The notes under the pieces are model-generated. The model made no database searches. It had not been told where the DNA came from and saw only the letters and a list, made by a program, of their open reading frames with translations. Shown one piece after another: positions 26,102-35,865 of a stretch of DNA of 37,990 nt (position 1 is the first letter of the stretch; the number at the start of each line of letters is the position of its first letter). The stretch spans positions 11,732 to 49,721 of the forward strand of contig JAPLHG010000037.1 of the NCBI GenBank assembly GCA_026389745.1, in the 5' to 3' direction. Made by a program: the position numbers and the translations under genes. The DNA is from Chloroflexota bacterium (lineage in GTDB: Bacteria; Chloroflexota; Dehalococcoidia; Dehalococcoidales; Fen-1064).

Positions 26102-27139
26102 TTATGTGCTCTGTTCGTCGTTTGTTTCTGTCATTGGCGGGTCGGGTTCAATAAATTTGTATTGCTGGATGATTTGGCAGACATTGCGGTCCACGCTTTG
26201 CTTAGCCATACCAATGGCATTTCTAATTGCTTTTGCCTGACTGCGCCCGTGAGAAATGATGACGTTCCCGTTTAATCCTAATAGACAAGCGCCTCCGGAC
26301 TCCCGGTAGTCAATCCTTTTAACCATGGCCCCAAACCCGACGTCAAATTGCATATCGCGTGATTCCTTGCGGGAGGCATTAGAATGTTCCTGACTCACAT
26401 TTTTCAATTTCAGGAAGGCTTCCCCTACTCCTTCCAATGTCTTCAGGACGATGTTACCGGTGAACCCGTCGGTAACCACGACGTCTGCCATTCCTTTGGG
26501 AAGACTCTGCCCTTCAATATTGCCGATAAAATTCAAATCTGAAGCTTTTAATAGTTGGTAGACTTCTCGGGCAAGCTGGTTGCCCTTCTTCTCCTCCTCA
26601 CCATTATTGAGCAAGGCAATGCGGGGTGAGGGGACACCGAAAACCTCCCTGACATAAATATTCCCCATTTGAGCAAATTGAAGCAGATGCTTGGGGCGGC
26701 AATTTGGGTTAGCCCCGCAATCTAGTAGAAGGAAAGGGCTGGCGATATTTATGGTGATAATGCTTCCGATTGCCGGGCGTTCAATGCCTTCCACTCTGCC
26801 CAGCATAGTAAATGCGGCGTACATTACTGCCCCGGTACTGCCGGCGGAAACGAAGGCAGACGCTTGGTCTCTTTTGACTAAGTCGATACCCACAACGATT
26901 GATGATTTTTGTTTTTTAATCACCGCTTCAATCGGAGATTCTTCATCGCCAATAACCTCGCTGGCGTCAACGATATTAATATCCAGTTTTTTCATATAAC
27001 GACTAGCCTGGACGTGGAGAATATCCTTTTTGCCTACCAGGGCAATCCCTATTTTATAATCCTGTGCCGCTTTCACGGCTCCTTTAACTATTTCGTGGGG
27101 GGAATATTCCCCACCTGAAGCATCAACTGCAATTATCAT
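26102..27139 (-). CDS. plsX: phosphate acyltransferase
   Basis: 345 aa with IAVDASGGEYSP, SAGSTGA, GLNGNVIISHGRS. Confidence 0.93.
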   Translation of the reverse strand: MIIAVDASGGEYSPHEIVKGAVKAAQDYKIGIALVGKKDILHVQASRYMKKLDINIVDASEVIGDEESPIEAVIKKQKSSIVVGIDLVKRDQASAFVSAGSTGAVMYAAFTMLGRVEGIERPAIGSIITINIASPFLLLDCGANPNCRPKHLLQFAQMGNIYVREVFGVPSPRIALLNNGEEEKKGNQLAREVYQLLKASDLNFIGNIEGQSLPKGMADVVVTDGFTGNIVLKTLEGVGEAFLKLKNVSQEHSNASRKESRDMQFDVGFGAMVKRIDYRESGGACLLGLNGNVIISHGRSQAKAIRNAIGMAKQSVDRNVCQIIQQYKFIEPDPPMTETNDEQST

Positions 27140-27191
27140 TTGTTCTCCTGTGATACCGGAATGGGGTGGAGTTTCCGGAATGTCCGGTCTG

Positions 27192-28400
27192 TCATTTTAA
27201 TTGTTTAAATTCATCTCTAACTTTACGCAGAGTCTCCGGATTGGAAAGTAAGTCAACGACAATCATTGCGATAGCCTTGGCGGCATCGCACATGCCATTG
27301 ATACCATCATCCGAGGCGGCGGCAGTGGCAAACTCCGGAGAATGGACTGAGACGCTTTTGGGAGCAATAGCCAGAGCGGGATGTATTGCTGGCACCAATT
27401 GGCTGACATTACCCATATCCGTACTGCCTGTGTCTAAGGGTATCGTCGATTGAGGAAACTTCACCTCTCTTCCAATAATGCGCATATTATCAACATAAAG
27501 TTGAGCCAGGGTCATATTGTTACACATACTGGCATAACGCAAATTATCCGGCGTATATTCAAAACGGGCGCCGGTGGCGGTAGCGGCACCGATGAAGCAG
27601 TTTAAGACTTTCTGTATTAGTTCGTCAAGATAGGCATCGTCGGCGGCGCGAACATAGAATTCGGCGGCACTGTGGGCTGGCACAATATTAGCGGCTTGGC
27701 CACCGTCGGTGATGATGCCGTGGATGCGGGCGGTACTCTTGATGTGCTGCCGCAGGGCATTGATGTTGTTGAATGATAGAATCATCGCATCAAGAGCATT
27801 AATGCCGTCACTCGGATTAGCGGAAGCATGAGCTGATTTGCCGAAGAATTCTACTTTCATATGCTGGCAGGAAAGAGCCATAGAGGTGGCAATATCAACT
27901 GTGTCAGGATGTACCATCATCGCCGCATCGAGGTCGGAAAAGGCGCCTTTGTGTGCCATAACTATCTTCCCTCCGTATCCCTCTTCAGCTGGTGTTCCGA
28001 TGACCAGAATCCTACCACCGGATTGGTCAACGGTTTGTTTTGAGGCTATTGCCGCCCCGATAGCGATTGTACAGATGAGGTTATGCCCGCAAGCATGCCC
28101 AATGCCGGGCAGGGCATCGTATTCAGCCAGCAGGGCAATGGCGGGTTTACCCTTGCCGTAACTGGCTCGGAAGGCAGTGGGTAGGTCACAGATACCGCGC
28201 TCCACAGCAAAGTCTTTTTCTGTAAGGTACTGAGCCAGCCAGCTGCTTGCCTTGAATTCCTGAAGTCCGAGTTCGGGATTGGCGTGAATCTTCAAGGCAA
28301 GCTCTTTTAACTGCGGTTGGGCAGAGTCAATTTGGTCGACAACGGATTGTTTTATGACGGCGATGTTATTCATGTTTCTTAAATACACAATAACCCTCAT
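27192..28400 (-). CDS. M20-family amidohydrolase (M20D / AbgB-like)
   Basis: About 393-402 aa with IHANPELGLQE, GHACGHN, GTPAEEG and a dimerisation-domain insert. The start is probably ATG 28373 (MNNIAVIK) rather than 28400. Confidence 0.85.
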   Translation of the reverse strand: MRVIVYLRNMNNIAVIKQSVVDQIDSAQPQLKELALKIHANPELGLQEFKASSWLAQYLTEKDFAVERGICDLPTAFRASYGKGKPAIALLAEYDALPGIGHACGHNLICTIAIGAAIASKQTVDQSGGRILVIGTPAEEGYGGKIVMAHKGAFSDLDAAMMVHPDTVDIATSMALSCQHMKVEFFGKSAHASANPSDGINALDAMILSFNNINALRQHIKSTARIHGIITDGGQAANIVPAHSAAEFYVRAADDAYLDELIQKVLNCFIGAATATGARFEYTPDNLRYASMCNNMTLAQLYVDNMRIIGREVKFPQSTIPLDTGSTDMGNVSQLVPAIHPALAIAPKSVSVHSPEFATAAASDDGINGMCDAAKAIAMIVVDLLSNPETLRKVRDEFKQLK

Positions 28401-28530
28401 AATGATACTTTGTAAAATTTGGAATAAAGAGAACTAAATGCGGGTAGCTATTATTATAGCTCAGTGATGGTGTGATTTCTAGGGTTATGGGAGATAGTGG
28501 TCTATTGGAGCTATTGACTCATACAAAAAC

Positions 28531-28559
28531 TTGCCTATTTATTTGAAATATGCTATACT
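28531..28559 (+). promoter_or_regulatory. candidate sigma70-type promoter for the nusA operon
   Basis: TTGCCT at 28531-28536, a 17-nt spacer, then TATACT at 28554-28559, about 78 nt upstream of ATG 28637. Confidence 0.5.
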
Positions 28560-28571
28560 GCTAGGTTGTTG

Positions 28572-28597
28572 AAGTGGGTGAAATTCCCACTTTTTTT
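28572..28597 (+). terminator. leader hairpin plus T7 tract (candidate attenuator) between the promoter and nusA
   Basis: The stem aagtggg (28572-28578) pairs with cccactt (28586-28592) around the loop tgaaatt. The T run spans 28591-28597. This T run can alternatively pair with the A run at 28606-28614 (tttttttct / agaaaaaaa). Confidence 0.5.
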
Positions 28598-28636
28598 CTT
28601 GGATGAGAAAAAAATATTATGGAGGCTTAACCTGAG

Positions 28637-30070
28637 ATGAAGAGCGAGTTCTTGCTCGCTATCACCCAGTTATCGGCTGAGAAAAACCTGCCTAAAGAGG
28701 TGGTAATCTCAGCCGTGGAGTCGGCATTGGTGTCGGCTTACCGCAAGGATAGCTTTACCCCAAACCAGAATATTGATGTCAAGATAAACCGCAATACGGG
28801 CAGGGTTGAGGTATGGGTGGAAAAAGTCGTTGTTGCAAAACCTGCAGATACACGACAGGAAATATCATTGATAGAAGCCCATCGTATAAAGGCAGATGCA
28901 CAGCTTGACGAAGCTATCATGGTGGAGTCAACACCCCAGAATGCCGGCCGTATCGCCGCACAAACTGCCAAACAGGTGATTCTCCAGCGTCTTCATGAAG
29001 CGGAGCACAGTGCTATTTTTGAGGAGTATGCTGGGAAGGCAGGTGATATTGTTAGCGGTGTTATCCAGCGGCTTGAACCGAGGCAGGTGCTGATTGACCT
29101 CGGCAGGGTAGAGGCAGTGTTGCCATCAAATGAGCAGATGCCCAATGAGCGGTATAGAGTGGGACAGAGACTAAAGGTTTATATGGTGGAGATTACTAAA
29201 ACCCCCCGTGGTCCCAGAGTGATAGTGTCTCGCTCTCATCCTGATTTATTGAAGCGTCTTTTTGAATTGGAAGTTCCGGAGGTTTCCAATGGAACAGTAG
29301 AGGTAAAGGCAGTTGCGCGCGAAGCCGGCTACCGGAGTAAAGTAGCCGTTGCCGCACGCCAATCGGGTATTGACCCGATTGGTTGTTGTGTCGGGTTGCG
29401 CGGTATTCGTATCCAAAATATTGTCAGTGAACTGAGTGGTGAAAAGATAGATGTTGTGCTTTGGAACCCCGACCCATCTGTTTTCATTGCCAGTGCTCTT
29501 AGTCCGGCACAGATAGTGGCTGTGGAACTCAACAGAGCCGAAGGGTACGCAACAGTTATTGTCCCTGATAGACAGCTCTCGTTGGCAATTGGAAAGGAAG
29601 GGCAGAATGCCCGTCTGGCGGCGAAACTGTCTAATTGGCGAATTGATATCAAACCTGCCTCTGTTTATGAGCCGGAGAAGGCGGCTCAACCAGCGTCAGA
29701 AATTGAGGGAGTGAGAGAAGAAGTTAAGGGTAAGAAGGGGCTACTGGTTGAGCGTGAGCTCATGGGGGCGCTAGTTGGTCAGGAAGTGCCGGTGGTTCCA
29801 GAGGAAGAAGCTGAAGAAGGGAAGGCTGAGCCGGGATCAGAAGAGGCTGTTGTTGGCCAACCGGTTAGTTTTGAGCCTCAAGTAGCGCCAACCAAGACAG
29901 AATTGAGGTTTGCTGAGGACATTTTAGGTCCTAAAACTAGCCAGCCTGACGGTAAAGCGAAGAAGAAAAAGAAGAGTCAGGGGAAGGTGAAGGCGAAGGA
30001 AGAAGAGGCGGTTAGAGGAAGAAAGACTCATCGGCAGGAGTTTGTTGTTGAAGACGAAGAAGAGTATTGA
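28637..30070 (+). CDS. nusA: transcription termination/antitermination factor NusA with a long charged C-terminal tail
   Basis: 477 aa with an N-terminal domain, S1 (GDIVSGVIQR), and KH1/KH2 (CVGLRGIRIQNI, AIGKEGQNARLAAKL). After about aa 345 comes a ~130-aa low-complexity E/K-rich tail. Confidence 0.95.
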   Translation: MKSEFLLAITQLSAEKNLPKEVVISAVESALVSAYRKDSFTPNQNIDVKINRNTGRVEVWVEKVVVAKPADTRQEISLIEAHRIKADAQLDEAIMVESTPQNAGRIAAQTAKQVILQRLHEAEHSAIFEEYAGKAGDIVSGVIQRLEPRQVLIDLGRVEAVLPSNEQMPNERYRVGQRLKVYMVEITKTPRGPRVIVSRSHPDLLKRLFELEVPEVSNGTVEVKAVAREAGYRSKVAVAARQSGIDPIGCCVGLRGIRIQNIVSELSGEKIDVVLWNPDPSVFIASALSPAQIVAVELNRAEGYATVIVPDRQLSLAIGKEGQNARLAAKLSNWRIDIKPASVYEPEKAAQPASEIEGVREEVKGKKGLLVERELMGALVGQEVPVVPEEEAEEGKAEPGSEEAVVGQPVSFEPQVAPTKTELRFAEDILGPKTSQPDGKAKKKKKSQGKVKAKEEEAVRGRKTHRQEFVVEDEEEY

Positions 30071-30347
30071 TGTCAATGCGGACTCTGTCAAACGTTTGCC
30101 GCAGCGTACCTGTGTTGCTTGCCGGCAGGTGAAAGCAAAGCGAGACCTCGTTCGTATTGTTAAAACAATTGATGAGGGTGTGTTGGTGGATGTCGCCGGT
30201 AAGAAGCTGGGACGTGGTTCTTACTTGTGCAAGGTGAAGGAATGCTGGGAGAACGGTCTGAAGGGTGGCCGTTTGGAATATATAATGCGTACAACACTGA
30301 CTCAGCAAGACCGACAAAGATTGGAAGAATATGCAGAGAGGCTATAG
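30048..30347 (+). CDS. ylxR: YlxR/RnpM-family (DUF448) RNA-binding protein
   Basis: Contains RTCVACRQVKAKRDLVRIV and GRGSYLC. The start is probably TTG 30048, with AGGAG at 30036-30040 and a 7-nt spacing. It overlaps the nusA 3' end. Confidence 0.85.
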   Translation: MKTKKSIDVNADSVKRLPQRTCVACRQVKAKRDLVRIVKTIDEGVLVDVAGKKLGRGSYLCKVKECWENGLKGGRLEYIMRTTLTQQDRQRLEEYAERL

Positions 30348-30359
30348 CGGGAGTATTTA

Positions 30360-32204
30360 GTGGTAGATTCGGAGAAGAAGGGTAACATTGCCAAAGTAAC
30401 TGATGAGAAGACTGGGAGCGAGGCTTCTGTCCAGAAGCCTAATATCATAGAATTTCCGCCAGCCCTCAGTGTGCGGCAGTTATCAGACCTTCTCAATATC
30501 AGCCCAGTTGAAGTCATAAAACGCTTAATGAGAAGCGGGATTATGGCGAATATCAATCAGGTTGTTGATTTTAAGACTGCCGCCACTGTGGCAACGGATT
30601 TTGGTTATGAAGCACGTCTCAAACATCGTCTTACGGGTAAAGGCGGCCGTGCCAATGAGACGAAAAAACAACAGCGTGCCCATCAAGTCGAGCAGACGAG
30701 CGGTTTAGTGCCACGACCACCGGTTGTGACCATTATGGGACATGTTGACCACGGCAAAACGAAATTGCTGGATGCTATTCGCAAGAGTAATGTTGTGGAT
30801 AGCGAAGCCGGCGGTATTACACAACATATAGGGGCTTATCAGGTAGAGGTCAATGGGCAGAAGATTACCTTTTTAGATACGCCGGGTCACGAGGCTTTCA
30901 CGGCAATGAGAGCTCGCGGCGCACAGGTTACGGACATCACTATTCTTGTAGTCGCTGCTGATGATGGTGTTATGCCACAGACTCTGGAAGCTATTGACCA
31001 TGCCCGTGCCGCTGGTGTGCCGATTGTGGTGGCAATCAATAAGATTGACAAAGTCGGTGCCAACCCCGACCGTGTCAAACAACAATTAGCGGAGGCAGGT
31101 TTGGTAGTCGAGGAGTGGGGTGGAGATACAGTATCTGTGCCTGTTTCTGCTAAGGAAAAGCGGGGTATCACCGATTTGCTGGAAAACCTGATGGTGGTGG
31201 CGGAGTTGGAAGAGTTAAAGGCCGACCCGTCCAAGCCAGCAGAAGGTACTGTCATTGAAGCGGAGATGGATAGAACTAAGGGAGCGCTGTTCACGGTGCT
31301 GGTCAGTTCGGGTACATTGAAAGAGGGGGATACAATTGTCGTGGGGGAGAACTGGGGCAGGGTGAAAGCGATGTTCAATGATGCCGGGAAGCGGGTCAAG
31401 AAAGCTACTCCTTCAACGCCTGTCGAGGTCCTTGGTTTGAGTAATGTGCCTCAGGTGGGTGATGTAATGACTGTAGTCGTTGATGAAAAAGCGGCACTGG
31501 CTGTTATAGAGAGGCGTCGACAAGAAGCAGAGAAAGAAGCCGCTATTTCCAGAACTGTGAGTCTTAGTAATGTCTATGACCAGATTAGCGCTGGTAAGGT
31601 TAAAGAACTGAGTATTATTCTGAAGGCTGATGTTCAGGGTAGTATTGAGCCAATCAAAACCTCACTGGAGAGACTATCATCGGACGAGGTTAAAGTCAGG
31701 GTTATCCATAGCAATACCGGTAATGTTAACGAAAGCGATGTGATGCTTGCGATTGCTTCCAAGGCGGTTATCATTGGTTTTAATACGGGTGCTGAGCCCG
31801 GTGCCAAGAGTTCAGCAGAACGTGAGGGAGTCAGTATTCGTTTCTACAATATCATCTACAATATGATTGATGATGTTAACAAAGCTCTGAAGGGTATGCT
31901 GGCGCCTATTTTTGTTGAGGTAATTGACGGACATGCTGAAGTGCGGGCAGTCTTCACTGTGGGCAAGAAGGAGAAAGTGGGGGGGGTTTTTGTTACTGAA
32001 GGTAAAGTGACCAAGAGTAGTTCTGCCAGGGTGCTAAGAGGTGGGCAGAAGATTCATGAGTCGACAGTCAGTAGTCTGCGACGTTTCAAAGAGGATGTCA
32101 GGGAGGCCACTACCGGGTATGAGTGCGGTGTGGCTGTGGCTGGCTTCAGCGATTTTCAAGTCGGTGATGTTCTGGAGTTCTTCAGAAATGAAAAATCTGG
32201 TTAA
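30360..32204 (+). CDS. infB: translation initiation factor IF-2
   Basis: 614 aa with the G domain motifs [16 protein letters not shown] and NKID. GTG start with GGGAG 7 nt upstream. Confidence 0.96.
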   Translation: MVDSEKKGNIAKVTDEKTGSEASVQKPNIIEFPPALSVRQLSDLLNISPVEVIKRLMRSGIMANINQVVDFKTAATVATDFGYEARLKHRLTGKGGRANETKKQQRAHQVEQTSGLVPRPPVVTIMGHVDHGKTKLLDAIRKSNVVDSEAGGITQHIGAYQVEVNGQKITFLDTPGHEAFTAMRARGAQVTDITILVVAADDGVMPQTLEAIDHARAAGVPIVVAINKIDKVGANPDRVKQQLAEAGLVVEEWGGDTVSVPVSAKEKRGITDLLENLMVVAELEELKADPSKPAEGTVIEAEMDRTKGALFTVLVSSGTLKEGDTIVVGENWGRVKAMFNDAGKRVKKATPSTPVEVLGLSNVPQVGDVMTVVVDEKAALAVIERRRQEAEKEAAISRTVSLSNVYDQISAGKVKELSIILKADVQGSIEPIKTSLERLSSDEVKVRVIHSNTGNVNESDVMLAIASKAVIIGFNTGAEPGAKSSAEREGVSIRFYNIIYNMIDDVNKALKGMLAPIFVEVIDGHAEVRAVFTVGKKEKVGGVFVTEGKVTKSSSARVLRGGQKIHESTVSSLRRFKEDVREATTGYECGVAVAGFSDFQVGDVLEFFRNEKSG

Positions 32205-32216
32205 AGGGATACCGGG

Positions 32217-32570
32217 GTGACATATCGTATTGAACGTTTGAATAGTCTCCTGCGACAGGAAATCAGCGATTTAGTACAACGCCAAGTCAAAGACCCGAGA
32301 CTTGGCAGTTTTATTTCTGTTACGGCAGTTGAAATTTCTTCCGATATGAGATGTGCCAAGGTTTTTGTGAGTCGTTTGGGCACTGATAACGAGAAGCGAG
32401 AGACGCTATCGGCATTGGCATCTGCCTCCGGTTTCATCCGCCATGGGCTTTCTGAGCGTTTGAAAATAAGACGTATACCCGAGCTGAGTTTTAAACTGGA
32501 TGATACTATTGAGAAGGCAGACCGTGTGCTCAGAATCATTGACGGAATCTCTTCGGAGGAGCGTTCTTGA
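32217..32570 (+). CDS. rbfA: ribosome-binding factor A
   Basis: 117 aa with RIERLNSLLRQEISDLVQRQVKDPRLG, in the canonical position after infB. Confidence 0.9.
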   Translation: MTYRIERLNSLLRQEISDLVQRQVKDPRLGSFISVTAVEISSDMRCAKVFVSRLGTDNEKRETLSALASASGFIRHGLSERLKIRRIPELSFKLDDTIEKADRVLRIIDGISSEERS

Positions 32571-32596
32571 ACCTGCCAAGATGATGGAACTTTGCT

Positions 32597-33487
32597 ATGA
32601 ACGGCATATTAAATATCAATAAGCCGATGGGTAAGACATCTTTCGGCATAGTATCAATGGTGAAGCGGTTGACAGGTGAAAAACGTGTTGGCCACGCCGG
32701 TACGCTTGACCCAATGGCAACCGGTGTTTTGCCTGTTTGTTTGGGACAGGCGACGCGCTTGGTTGAGTATCTGATGGATACCACCAAAACATACCGTGCC
32801 GAAATTGAGTTAGGCGTAGTCACTGATACCTATGATAGTGAGGGTAAGGTAATCCAGCGAGGAGATGCTTCAGTTATAACTAAGGAACAACTGGAAACGG
32901 TGCTGAATTCGTTCCGTGGCGTCATCACCCAGACCCCACCGATGTATAGTGCCGTCAAGTATCGGGGTAAGCCTCTCTATGAACTGGCAAGAGCTGGAAT
33001 CAAAGTGGAGCGGAAGAGTCGTACTGCGTTGATTCAGTCTCTGGAACTGAAGGATTGGCAACTGCCGGTCGCTACCATCGAAGTAGTTTGCGGCAAGGGG
33101 ACCTATATTCGCTCTTTAGCTTATGATTTGGGTCAGGTGCTGGGTTGTGGCGCTAATTTGAAGAGCCTGGTGCGTCTGAGGTGTGGTATTTTTGATATTA
33201 CCAATGCGGTCTCGCTTGAACATCTTGAGGAAGCTTGTAAGGATGGTTACTGGGAAAGTCTTCTCTACCCGATGGATAGTATTCTTGCTAACTTGGGAGC
33301 AGTGATTGTCGGCGAAGAAAAAGCCCAGGCAATCCGCAATGGGTCTTTGGTGATTATCGGGGAAGATATGTTATCAGAGACTGTAGGTGAGCATTGTCGT
33401 GCCTATACTTGGGACGGAAAGCTTCTGAGCATATTACGGTTTAATGCTGAAAAAAGACAATGGCAACCCGAAAAAGTATTTAGTTAG
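32597..33487 (+). CDS. truB: tRNA pseudouridine(55) synthase
   Basis: 296 aa with GILNINKP and the catalytic-Asp block GHAGTLDPMATGVL, plus a C-terminal PUA-like region. Confidence 0.93.
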   Translation: MNGILNINKPMGKTSFGIVSMVKRLTGEKRVGHAGTLDPMATGVLPVCLGQATRLVEYLMDTTKTYRAEIELGVVTDTYDSEGKVIQRGDASVITKEQLETVLNSFRGVITQTPPMYSAVKYRGKPLYELARAGIKVERKSRTALIQSLELKDWQLPVATIEVVCGKGTYIRSLAYDLGQVLGCGANLKSLVRLRCGIFDITNAVSLEHLEEACKDGYWESLLYPMDSILANLGAVIVGEEKAQAIRNGSLVIIGEDMLSETVGEHCRAYTWDGKLLSILRFNAEKRQWQPEKVFS

Positions 33488-33488
33488 C

Positions 33489-33517
33489 TTGACAACACCA
33501 GCCCTATGTGGTACGAA
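33489..33517 (+). promoter_or_regulatory. weak candidate promoter for the inositol cluster
   Basis: TTGACA at 33489-33494, a 17-nt spacer ending in TG, then TACGAA at 33512-33517. The strong RBS AGAGGAGG precedes ATG 33576. Confidence 0.25.
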
Positions 33518-33575
33518 TAATAGTCGGGTTATTTGGGGATAAACTTGTCTAGCCAAAGAGGAGGTCATTTGAGTC

Positions 33576-34658
33576 ATGGGGAAAATTAATGTAGCCATAA
33601 TCGGTGTAGGTAACTGTGCTTCGTCACTTGTGCAGGGGGTTCATTTCTATCGGAATGCTAAAGAAGATGAGTTTGTGCCCGGGTTGATGCATGCCAATCT
33701 GGGTGGTTATCATATCCGCGATATAAATTTCGTTGCTGCCTTTGATATCGATAAGAATAAGGTCGGCAAAGACTTGGCAGAGGCAATTTATACCAAACCG
33801 AATAACACTATCAAGTTTTGTGATGTCCCGACCTCCGGTGTCATTGTCAACCGTGGTATGACGCATGATGGACTGGGGAAATATCTCTCCAAGATTATTG
33901 AGAAAGCTCCTGGTCCAACCGCCAACATCGTTAAAATATTGAAAGACACCAAAACCGATGTAGTTCTTAACTATTTGCCTGTCGGCTCGGAGATGGCGAC
34001 CAAGTGGTACGTGGAACAGATATTGAATGCTGGTTGCGGGCTTGTCAATTGTATCCCAGTATTCATCGCACGACAGAAGGACTGGGGAGAACGGTTTGCA
34101 GAAAGGGGTTTACCGGTAATTGGCGATGACATCAAGTCACAGGTTGGCGCTACCATCACTCATCGGGTATTAACCAGACTATTCCGTGACCGTGGCGTCA
34201 AACTGGAGCGAACGTATCAATTGAACTTTGGCGGGAACACCGATTTTCTCAATATGCTGGAAAGAGAGAGGCTGGAATCCAAAAAGATTTCCAAGACCAA
34301 TGCTGTCACCTCCCAGCTTGATTTTGAAATCAACCCCGATGATATTCACGTCGGTCCCAGTGATTATGTGCCATGGCTGTTAGACCGCAAGTTCTGTCAT
34401 ATCAAGATGGAGGGGCGTACCTTCGGTGATGTGCCGCTCAACCTTGAGTTGAAGCTTGAAGTTTGGGATAGCCCTAACTCAGCAGGTGTCGTCATTGATG
34501 CCATCCGGTGCTGTAAACTGGCGTTGGACAAGGGATTGAGCGGTTCACTCATTGCCCCGTCAGCTTATTTTATGAAATCACCGCCAGTTCAGTATTCTGA
34601 CGACCAGGCTCGTAATATGGTGGAAGAATTTATTGCCACCAATAAATCGACCGAATAG
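33576..34658 (+). CDS. ino1: inositol-3-phosphate synthase (short archaeal/actinobacterial-type MIPS)
   Basis: 360 aa with the Rossmann N-terminus [17 protein letters not shown], the block [17 protein letters not shown], and KISKTNAV. Size and motifs fit the ~360-aa prokaryotic MIPS. Confidence 0.85.
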   Translation: MGKINVAIIGVGNCASSLVQGVHFYRNAKEDEFVPGLMHANLGGYHIRDINFVAAFDIDKNKVGKDLAEAIYTKPNNTIKFCDVPTSGVIVNRGMTHDGLGKYLSKIIEKAPGPTANIVKILKDTKTDVVLNYLPVGSEMATKWYVEQILNAGCGLVNCIPVFIARQKDWGERFAERGLPVIGDDIKSQVGATITHRVLTRLFRDRGVKLERTYQLNFGGNTDFLNMLERERLESKKISKTNAVTSQLDFEINPDDIHVGPSDYVPWLLDRKFCHIKMEGRTFGDVPLNLELKLEVWDSPNSAGVVIDAIRCCKLALDKGLSGSLIAPSAYFMKSPPVQYSDDQARNMVEEFIATNKSTE

Positions 34659-34713
34659 CCGGGGTATTCTTGAACTGCGTATCGAATCCGAGTTATTTTC
34701 TGGACAGTCACGA

Positions 34714-35865
34714 ATGAAGATTGCGCTGGTCTCTCCTTACGACTTCTCCTATCCAGGTGGGGTCGCTCGCCACATAACCTCACTTTACAATCATTTTACC
34801 CGTCTGGGGTATGAAGTAAAGGTAATCGCTCCTGCTTCAGGAGAGATTAAGGAATTCGGCGATAATTTTATACGTATTGGTAGGCCTTTTCCCATCCCTG
34901 TCAGTGATTCGGTCATCCGTGTTTCTATTTCACTCCATCTGGCGCCGACCATCAAAGAAGTGCTGGCGAGGGAAAAATTTGATGTCATTCACTTCCACGA
35001 ACCATTTATGCCAATGGTGTGTAGCGCGATACTACGCTTCTCCAATGCGATTAATATTGGTACCTTCCACGCCGCACAGGGTAGGCCGGGTTACAATTTT
35101 GGTAGACCTGCCACTAGCTGGATGTTAAACAGGCGCGCGCACAAACTGCATGGTCACATCGCTGTCTCCAAGCCAGCGGTGAACTATATCAGCAAGTATG
35201 TACCTGCCGAATATGAGATTATCCCCAACGGAATTGATTTGAATCACTTCAAGCCTGATGTGCCCTTGATTGAGCAGTATTACGATGGCAAGCTGAACAT
35301 TGTTTTTGTAGGCAGACTGGAGTATCGCAAGGGTGTTAATTACTTATTAAAAGCCTTTCTGGATATCAAACGGCAGATGCCGAATACGCGCCTCATCATT
35401 GCTGGACCGGGTACGAGATTACGTAAACGGTATGAAAGGTGGGTTAAGAAGAGCAGGCTTAGTGATGTGGTTTTTGCCGGTATGATTTCTGATAAAGACC
35501 TGCCTAGCTATTATCGCACGGCGGATATCTTTTGCGCCCCGGCGACCAGCCGCGAGAGCTTTGGGCTGGTTTTGCTGGAGGCAATGGCGACCGGATGTCC
35601 TATAGTAGCGACCAATATCGAAGGTTATGCCAGTGTGGTGACTAATGGCGAAGAGGGTCTGCTGGTGCCGCCAATGGATAGTCGGGCGCTGACGAATGCG
35701 CTGTTGACTCTTCTTAAGGATAAGGAAAAACGTTTGCAGATGGGGCAGAAAGGAATCATCACCGCCACTAAGTATAGCTGGGAAGATGTCTCGAGACGGG
35801 TTCTGGACTACTATGGCAAAATAATTGAAAAAGTGCGTCAGGAACGTTCCGTGAGGTCAAGATGA
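34714..35865 (+). CDS. GT4 glycosyltransferase, PimA-like (phosphatidylinositol alpha-mannosyltransferase candidate)
   Basis: The N-terminus is MKIALVSPYDFSYPGGVARHITSL...VKVIAPAS, followed by FDVIHFHEP, and the GT4 EX7E motif is ESFGLVLLEAMATGCP. The N-terminal third parallels mycobacterial PimA as I remember it (MRIGM.CPYS.DVPGGVQ.H ... VLAPAS ... FDVLHLHEP). Confidence 0.75.
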   Translation: MKIALVSPYDFSYPGGVARHITSLYNHFTRLGYEVKVIAPASGEIKEFGDNFIRIGRPFPIPVSDSVIRVSISLHLAPTIKEVLAREKFDVIHFHEPFMPMVCSAILRFSNAINIGTFHAAQGRPGYNFGRPATSWMLNRRAHKLHGHIAVSKPAVNYISKYVPAEYEIIPNGIDLNHFKPDVPLIEQYYDGKLNIVFVGRLEYRKGVNYLLKAFLDIKRQMPNTRLIIAGPGTRLRKRYERWVKKSRLSDVVFAGMISDKDLPSYYRTADIFCAPATSRESFGLVLLEAMATGCPIVATNIEGYASVVTNGEEGLLVPPMDSRALTNALLTLLKDKEKRLQMGQKGIITATKYSWEDVSRRVLDYYGKIIEKVRQERSVRSR

